NCBI GenBank assembly: GCA_045106895.1
Contig: JBGCFM010000090.1
Location: 1 to 41,537, forward strand
Direction: 5' to 3'
From: Polyangiales bacterium
GTDB taxonomy: Bacteria > Myxococcota_A > Polyangia > Polyangiales > Houyiibacteriaceae
Length of the DNA: 41,537 bases
The notes under the pieces were generated by a model. The model ran no database searches. It was not told the DNA's origin and saw only the letters and a program-made list of their open reading frames with translations. Position numbers and translations under genes: made by a program. Each line of letters begins with the position of its first letter. Position 1 is the stretch's first letter. Of this stretch, positions 36,483 to 41,537 are shown piece after piece.

Positions 36483-39074
36483 ATGAGACTCGACCGACTG
36501 ACGACGAAGACACGCGAAGCACTCCTGACGGCGCAACAGAGCGCCGCGAAGAATGGGCATCCAGAGACCCACGCCGAGCACCTCCTTCTCGCGCTCATCG
36601 CCCAGAAAGACGGGCTCGTTCCCGCCATGCTGAAGAAGGCGGGTGCGGACCTCCCCGCCATCGCGCAGCGCGCGGCGGAGCGAATCGCCAAGTTGCCAAG
36701 CGTGGACGGCGGCGGCGAGCCAGCCATGGGGCGCGGTCTGCGGGGCATCCTCACGGACGCATGGCAAGAGACGGAGAAGATGAAGGACGAGTACACGTCG
36801 GCGGAGCATGTGCTCCTCGCGATGTGCTCCGACAAAGCCGTCGGCACGACGCTGAAGGTCAAGCGCGCCGACCTCGAGAAGGCCATCACCGATGTCCGAG
36901 GAAACCAGCGCGTCACCGACCCCGACCCGGAAGGGAAGTATCAAGCCCTTGAGAAGTACGCGCGGGACCTTACGCAGCGTGCGCGTGAAGGAAAAATCGA
37001 CCCGGTCATCGGACGCGACGAAGAGATTCGTCGCGTGATGCAGGTGCTCTCGCGCCGGACCAAGAACAACCCGGTTCTCATCGGTGAACCCGGCGTCGGC
37101 AAGACGGCCATCGTCGAAGGCCTCGCGCAGCGCATCGCTCAAGGGGACGTGCCAGAGTCCCTCAAGGACAAGCGCCTCCTCGCGCTGGACCTCGGCGCCA
37201 TGGTCGCGGGCAGCAAGTACCGCGGCGAGTTTGAAGAGCGTCTCAAGGCCGTCATCGAAGAAGTGGAGCGTGCCGAAGGCCGCGTCATCCTCTTCATCGA
37301 CGAGCTGCACACCTTGGTCGGCGCAGGCGCCTCCGAGGGCGCCATGGACGCGTCGAATATGCTCAAGCCGGCTCTCGCGCGAGGTGAGCTTCGCTGCGTC
37401 GGCGCGACGACCCTCGACGAGTACCGGAAGCACATTGAGAAGGACGCCGCGTTTGCCCGTCGCTTTCAGCCCGTCGTCGCCGGCGAGCCCACGGTGCAGG
37501 ACACCATCGGTATTCTACGCGGACTCAAGGAACGTTACGAAGTTCACCACGGTATTCGCATTCAAGACTCGGCCATCGTCGCTGCGGCGACGCTCTCGGA
37601 CCGCTACATCACCGATCGTTTCTTGCCGGACAAGGCCATCGACCTCGTCGATGAGGCCGCCAGTCGTCTCAAGATGGAGATCGATTCGATGCCCGTCGAG
37701 ATCGACCAGGTCGAGCGAAAGGCGATGCAGCTTGAGATCGAAAAGCAGGCCCTCAAGAAGGAGCGCGACCCAGCGTCCCTGAAGCGCCTCGAAGACCTCG
37801 AGAAGGAGCTGAGCGAGCTCAACGAAGAGCGAAGCACCATGCGCGCTCAGTGGCTTCGGGAGAAAGAGCTCATCAACGCCATTCGCTCGGCAAAGGCGAA
37901 CGTGGAGTCGCTTCGTGCAGACCTTGAGCGCGCTCAGCGCATGGCGAACTTCGATGCCGCCGCGAAGCTCCAGTACGGTGATATCCCGGCGGGAGAGAAG
38001 GCCGTCGAAGCGGCGCAGGTCGCTCTCGATGAAGCTCAGGTAGGAGGCTCTTTCCTGACGGAAGACGTCACGGACGAAGACATCGCCGCCGTCGTCTCGC
38101 GCTGGACCGGAGTGCCGGTGCGCAAGATGCTGGAGTCGGAGCGCGAGAAGCTCCTCGATATGGAGGCGCGCCTCGCAGAGACCGTCGTGGGTCAAAGCAA
38201 AGCCGTCGTCGCCGTCGCCAACGCCGTTCGTCGTAGCCGCGCGGGCCTTGGCGAGCCCGGCCGGCCGATGGGCAGCTTTCTTTTCCTGGGGCCCACCGGT
38301 GTCGGCAAGACGGAGCTTGCGAAATCCCTCGCGCTCTTCCTCTTCGACGACGAGCGCTCCATGATCCGCATCGACATGAGCGAGTATATGGAGAAGCACT
38401 CCGTATCGCGCCTCATCGGTGCACCTCCGGGCTACGTTGGATACGAAGAAGGTGGGCAGCTCACGGAGCCTGTTCGGCGCCGTCCATACTCGGTCATCCT
38501 CTTCGACGAGGTCGAGAAGGGTCACCCCGATGTGTGGAACACGCTCTTGCAGGTGCTCGACGATGGTCGCCTCACGGATGGTCAGGGTCGCACCGTCGAC
38601 TTCAAGAACACAGTCATCATCCTCACTTCCAACGTGGGCTCGACGCACATCGTGTCCACGGACGATGAAGCGACGATGAACGAGCGTGTGATGGCGGACC
38701 TTCGCTCGCACTTCCGGCCGGAGTTCCTCAATCGCCTCGACGAGACGGTGATTTTCCATCGACTCGACCGTGCGGACATGCGCAAGATCGTGGATGTTCA
38801 GCTGGTGCGCTTCGAGTCGCGGCTCAAGGATCGCTTCCTGTCCATGGAGGTGACCGACGCCGCGAAGGACTACCTCGCCAACATCGGCTTCGACCCGGCG
38901 TACGGCGCGCGTCCTCTCAAGCGTTCGATTCAGCGCTACGTGGAGAACCCGCTTGCGCAGGAGCTCCTCGCGGGTCGCTACGCACCAGGCGATACCGTCG
39001 TCGTCGATATGGCCGCGGGCGAGATCGCCTTTGGCAAACGGTCGGAAAACGGCGCCGATGAAGTCCACGCCTAG
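36483..39074 (+). CDS. clpB: ATP-dependent chaperone ClpB
   Basis: MRLDRLT start 6 nt after AGGAGG; two AAA+ modules ([48 protein letters not shown]); long coiled-coil M-domain; YGARPLKR. Confidence 0.98.
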   Translation: MRLDRLTTKTREALLTAQQSAAKNGHPETHAEHLLLALIAQKDGLVPAMLKKAGADLPAIAQRAAERIAKLPSVDGGGEPAMGRGLRGILTDAWQETEKMKDEYTSAEHVLLAMCSDKAVGTTLKVKRADLEKAITDVRGNQRVTDPDPEGKYQALEKYARDLTQRAREGKIDPVIGRDEEIRRVMQVLSRRTKNNPVLIGEPGVGKTAIVEGLAQRIAQGDVPESLKDKRLLALDLGAMVAGSKYRGEFEERLKAVIEEVERAEGRVILFIDELHTLVGAGASEGAMDASNMLKPALARGELRCVGATTLDEYRKHIEKDAAFARRFQPVVAGEPTVQDTIGILRGLKERYEVHHGIRIQDSAIVAAATLSDRYITDRFLPDKAIDLVDEAASRLKMEIDSMPVEIDQVERKAMQLEIEKQALKKERDPASLKRLEDLEKELSELNEERSTMRAQWLREKELINAIRSAKANVESLRADLERAQRMANFDAAAKLQYGDIPAGEKAVEAAQVALDEAQVGGSFLTEDVTDEDIAAVVSRWTGVPVRKMLESEREKLLDMEARLAETVVGQSKAVVAVANAVRRSRAGLGEPGRPMGSFLFLGPTGVGKTELAKSLALFLFDDERSMIRIDMSEYMEKHSVSRLIGAPPGYVGYEEGGQLTEPVRRRPYSVILFDEVEKGHPDVWNTLLQVLDDGRLTDGQGRTVDFKNTVIILTSNVGSTHIVSTDDEATMNERVMADLRSHFRPEFLNRLDETVIFHRLDRADMRKIVDVQLVRFESRLKDRFLSMEVTDAAKDYLANIGFDPAYGARPLKRSIQRYVENPLAQELLAGRYAPGDTVVVDMAAGEIAFGKRSENGADEVHA

Positions 39075-39078
39075 CGAC

Positions 39079-39243
39079 CTAGTGCCCTGAGTCCGCAATT
39101 CGATGCATAATTCGACGGCTCTTTTCACCCGTGCCGTCGTTGCCGCTCCTCGAAATATCTCTGATATTCCTTCGTCACAGCGCCTAGGCACGGACGAAAT
39201 CACTCGCCGACTTATGCACCGCATTGCGGACTCAGGACACTAG
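39079..39243. mobile_element. MITE-like non-autonomous element with CTAG ends and long imperfect terminal inverted repeats
   Basis: Left CTAGTGCCCTGAGTCCGCAATTCGATGCATAATTCGACG versus reverse complement of right CTAGTGTCCTGAGTCCGCAATGCGGTGCATAAGTCGGCG: 34/39 identical. No credible coding capacity. Confidence 0.82.
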
Positions 39244-39920
39244 AAGGGCTGAGACCAACGCAGGTGGAAGACCGTGTCCAGCTCCTCAAGTTCGGGGAGT
39301 GACCCGAGGGAGCTCGCCGCGTCGTCGGCCTGCGGAAGGCGCGAGGGCTCCCCGAAGAGGGCATGGAGAGCGGTCTCGAGGACAAGGCGAAGGCCTGCCT
39401 CGAGACCTTCTTCAATTCCGGCCTGAAGCATTGCGCGCATGGACTCGCTGTTGAGCTCCACGGGCGGCAACGCTGCCTCGCCCCGCTCAACCCTTCGGGC
39501 GTTGAAGTTCGCTCGGACACCGTTGAAGGTCTCGACGGCGCCCTGGATGTGGCCGACGGCGACGTCCGAGAGCTTGCCTGCGAGCTCCGTGACGAACGCC
39601 CTCCGCTCGAGGGGCTCCATGGCGCCTAGGAGAGAGCGCTGAGCTTCGCCCTCCGCCTCGCCCTCCACAAAACGTTCGGCCACCTGTCGCGGAGATAGCT
39701 GGGGACGATGACGCGCTGGGCTGCGGCGGCGCCTAGGCGCGCTACGACGATGAACGATACTGAGCGCGTCGAGGTCGGCTGCGGCCTGGTCCGCTTGCTC
39801 CTCAGGCTCGGCGGCCGTTGCGCTCGTTGTGACACCCTCATTGAGGCTGGAAGACGTGGGGGCCTGGCCCGGGTTTCCGCGTACGGAGGTTCGGGGAGGG
39901 GTGCGAATCGGTTCGCCCAT
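39240..39920 (-). CDS. Hypothetical helical protein
   Basis: ATG at 39920 preceded by AAGGAG on the minus strand; disordered N-terminus and helical core; the stop codon lies in the CTAG at the end of the MITE-like element. Confidence 0.6.
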   Translation of the reverse strand: MGEPIRTPPRTSVRGNPGQAPTSSSLNEGVTTSATAAEPEEQADQAAADLDALSIVHRRSAPRRRRSPARHRPQLSPRQVAERFVEGEAEGEAQRSLLGAMEPLERRAFVTELAGKLSDVAVGHIQGAVETFNGVRANFNARRVERGEAALPPVELNSESMRAMLQAGIEEGLEAGLRLVLETALHALFGEPSRLPQADDAASSLGSLPELEELDTVFHLRWSQPF

Positions 39921-40087
39921 GGCGGAGTTGCTCCTTCGGTAAAGCCCCCCATCGCCACGCCTAGCTTTCGGTTGCGTGCGCGTGCAGGAAGAGCCTTTGA
40001 ATGCCAAAGTCCGTTCTCCCGCTCGGCTCGCCGTGACTAGGAGGCTTCAGATTGAATAGTCAGCGTAGGCGCGCGTCCGCACCCATC

Positions 40088-41335
40088 ATGAAGTATCCAC
40101 TCGGGGCTGCACTCATCACAGTGGTGCTGTTCAGTGTTTCCCCCGCCGCCGCCACAGTCGGCGATGCGGCTGTGGTGCAGATGCTCGGCTATGACGCGGA
40201 GACGCAGAGCGTGTTCTTTCTTCGAAGCGACGGGGTCGAGGATGCCAGTCCACCGCAGCTCCATATGTTGCCCTTGATTGGACCGCGCCCGCGTCGCTCG
40301 CAACACCATCCGTGGGCGACTACACCTGGTGAGTTCGTCGCTCTTGAGGACGAAACTACTCGCTACGTAGTCGCGGGCGAGGAGCTATCGTACTTTGCTC
40401 TCCGCGAGCGCCTTGTGCCGCTCCCACGGCTCTCCAACCGTGAAATTAGGTTGAGTGTTCAGCGGGGTTGCCGAGGGTGTGGCCACAGAGTCCGCCTTGC
40501 GGGAACTCACCTCAGCGCACGCACGATTTCGATAAGCGCTCCGCCAGAGCAGGCCTATGTGGTGTCCCTGTGGCGGGTCCCGGACCAACAGAACGCAGTC
40601 GCTGTGGTCTCCTATCCGGGGGAGCCAGGAGAGGCCGGGTACTCGTATCAAGAACCAGTGCTACTTGGGTACACTCCACCACGAGCGGCGCGGGGAAGAC
40701 GAGACACGCACGTCCGACTGGAACAGAGCCCGGACTCCATACTCCGCGTCACCTTGATCGAGTCGGGAGTCGTAACTCAGGAGGTTCCACTGGGCACGGA
40801 GACCGCTGAGTGCCAGCCATCGGCAACAGAAGGCGACGATTCCTTCCTGATGCGCTGTGGCGGTCGAGAAGTGCGGGTGCGCCAAGTCCAGCAGATCGTT
40901 CGAGTGGAGGAGCAAGGACACTCAATCGGAGAGCTCGTTCTCCCACGCGGGCGTCGTGTCGCTTCGCTTGGCTACGAGCAGGCCGACGGCTTTGGTGCCC
41001 CCACGCGGCCTTCAAGCCCTGGCATCTGCGGCAGCCATGGTTGTCGAATAGTCATTCATGGTCGCGTCATCGTGTCGCTCAGATTCGGTGGTTCTTTTCG
41101 GTGCTTGGACACACCCGGCTGGATCGCGTGCGTGCACACTCCAACTGATGATTCAAGTCCCCAACGCGGTTTCTGGATTCGGGCACACGGAAGAGGGATG
41201 AGGCCCCTCGCCCTGGGCATCGAGGTCGAAGAACGGATCGACGCGTTGTACTCCGACGCTGAGAACCCCGCTCAGGTGCGAATGCGCGTCGTGGGGCGCG
41301 AGGAGGGCGTGGTTGTGGAAGCCCCGCGCCGCTAA
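40088..41335 (+). CDS. Hypothetical secreted protein
   Basis: Signal peptide MKYPLGAALITVVLFSVSPAAA; long ORF; codon usage less GC3-biased than the core genes. Confidence 0.62.
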   Translation: MKYPLGAALITVVLFSVSPAAATVGDAAVVQMLGYDAETQSVFFLRSDGVEDASPPQLHMLPLIGPRPRRSQHHPWATTPGEFVALEDETTRYVVAGEELSYFALRERLVPLPRLSNREIRLSVQRGCRGCGHRVRLAGTHLSARTISISAPPEQAYVVSLWRVPDQQNAVAVVSYPGEPGEAGYSYQEPVLLGYTPPRAARGRRDTHVRLEQSPDSILRVTLIESGVVTQEVPLGTETAECQPSATEGDDSFLMRCGGREVRVRQVQQIVRVEEQGHSIGELVLPRGRRVASLGYEQADGFGAPTRPSSPGICGSHGCRIVIHGRVIVSLRFGGSFRCLDTPGWIACVHTPTDDSSPQRGFWIRAHGRGMRPLALGIEVEERIDALYSDAENPAQVRMRVVGREEGVVVEAPRR

Positions 41336-41435
41336 GGTCGCCCAGAAGCGATGAGACCCGGACTTATGGGGGCACGGAACGACGGACACGTTGCGCCACT
41401 TGTTATTGTGGCGCGTGGCGGTATGACCGGAGGGC

Positions 41436-41537
41436 ATGGACGCGGCGGAGATGTTGGCGAAGGGATTTACCCGCGAAACGACCATCGTCCGGGATGCGGC
41501 GGGCCGGTGGTTCCACGATGGGGAAGAGCTGGAGCAC
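41436..41537 (+). CDS. 5' fragment of a DUF1285-like protein (runs off the window end)
   Basis: GGAGG RBS, then MDAAEMLAKGFTRETTIVRDAAGRWFHDGEELEH; open to the window end. Confidence 0.6.
   Translation, partial: MDAAEMLAKGFTRETTIVRDAAGRWFHDGEELEH

Noticed and set aside
37515..39224. 569-aa minus-strand ORF starting in the MITE-like element
   Set aside because: Antisense to clpB; no transposase or other motif.

Overview
GC-rich, gene-dense bacterial window with about 35 CDSs. The gene content points to Myxococcota, probably Polyangiales/Sandaracinaceae-like (inference): many Cys-rich lipoproteins with D(A/S)G linkers, a Pkn-type Ser/Thr kinase, a DUF1588/DUF1552-like pair, CotH and a TSP3-VWA adhesin. 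Housekeeping genes are a DinG/YoaA helicase (truncated, absent from the ORF track), trpS, a DegT aminotransferase, a VOC enzyme, an ABC ATPase and clpB. They are interleaved with envelope and secreted proteins of unknown function. I saw no rRNA, tRNA, CRISPR array, integron or transposase. The best leads are: (1) a 165-bp CTAG-bounded MITE-like element after clpB; (2) a sigma54-type promoter with a tandem-repeat enhancer candidate upstream of cotH; (3) a 4 x 17-bp intergenic array upstream of a beta-integrin/CglD-like adhesin; (4) a triple-DsbA lipoprotein; (5) a DinG helicase with Arg at a conserved Fe-S Cys position; (6) an orphan immunity-like gene pair; (7) two uncharacterised operon-like clusters at 24.2-28.8 kb and 32.2-35.8 kb. 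I cannot show a complete novel system from sequence alone. All family names come from motif recognition by eye, not from database searches.
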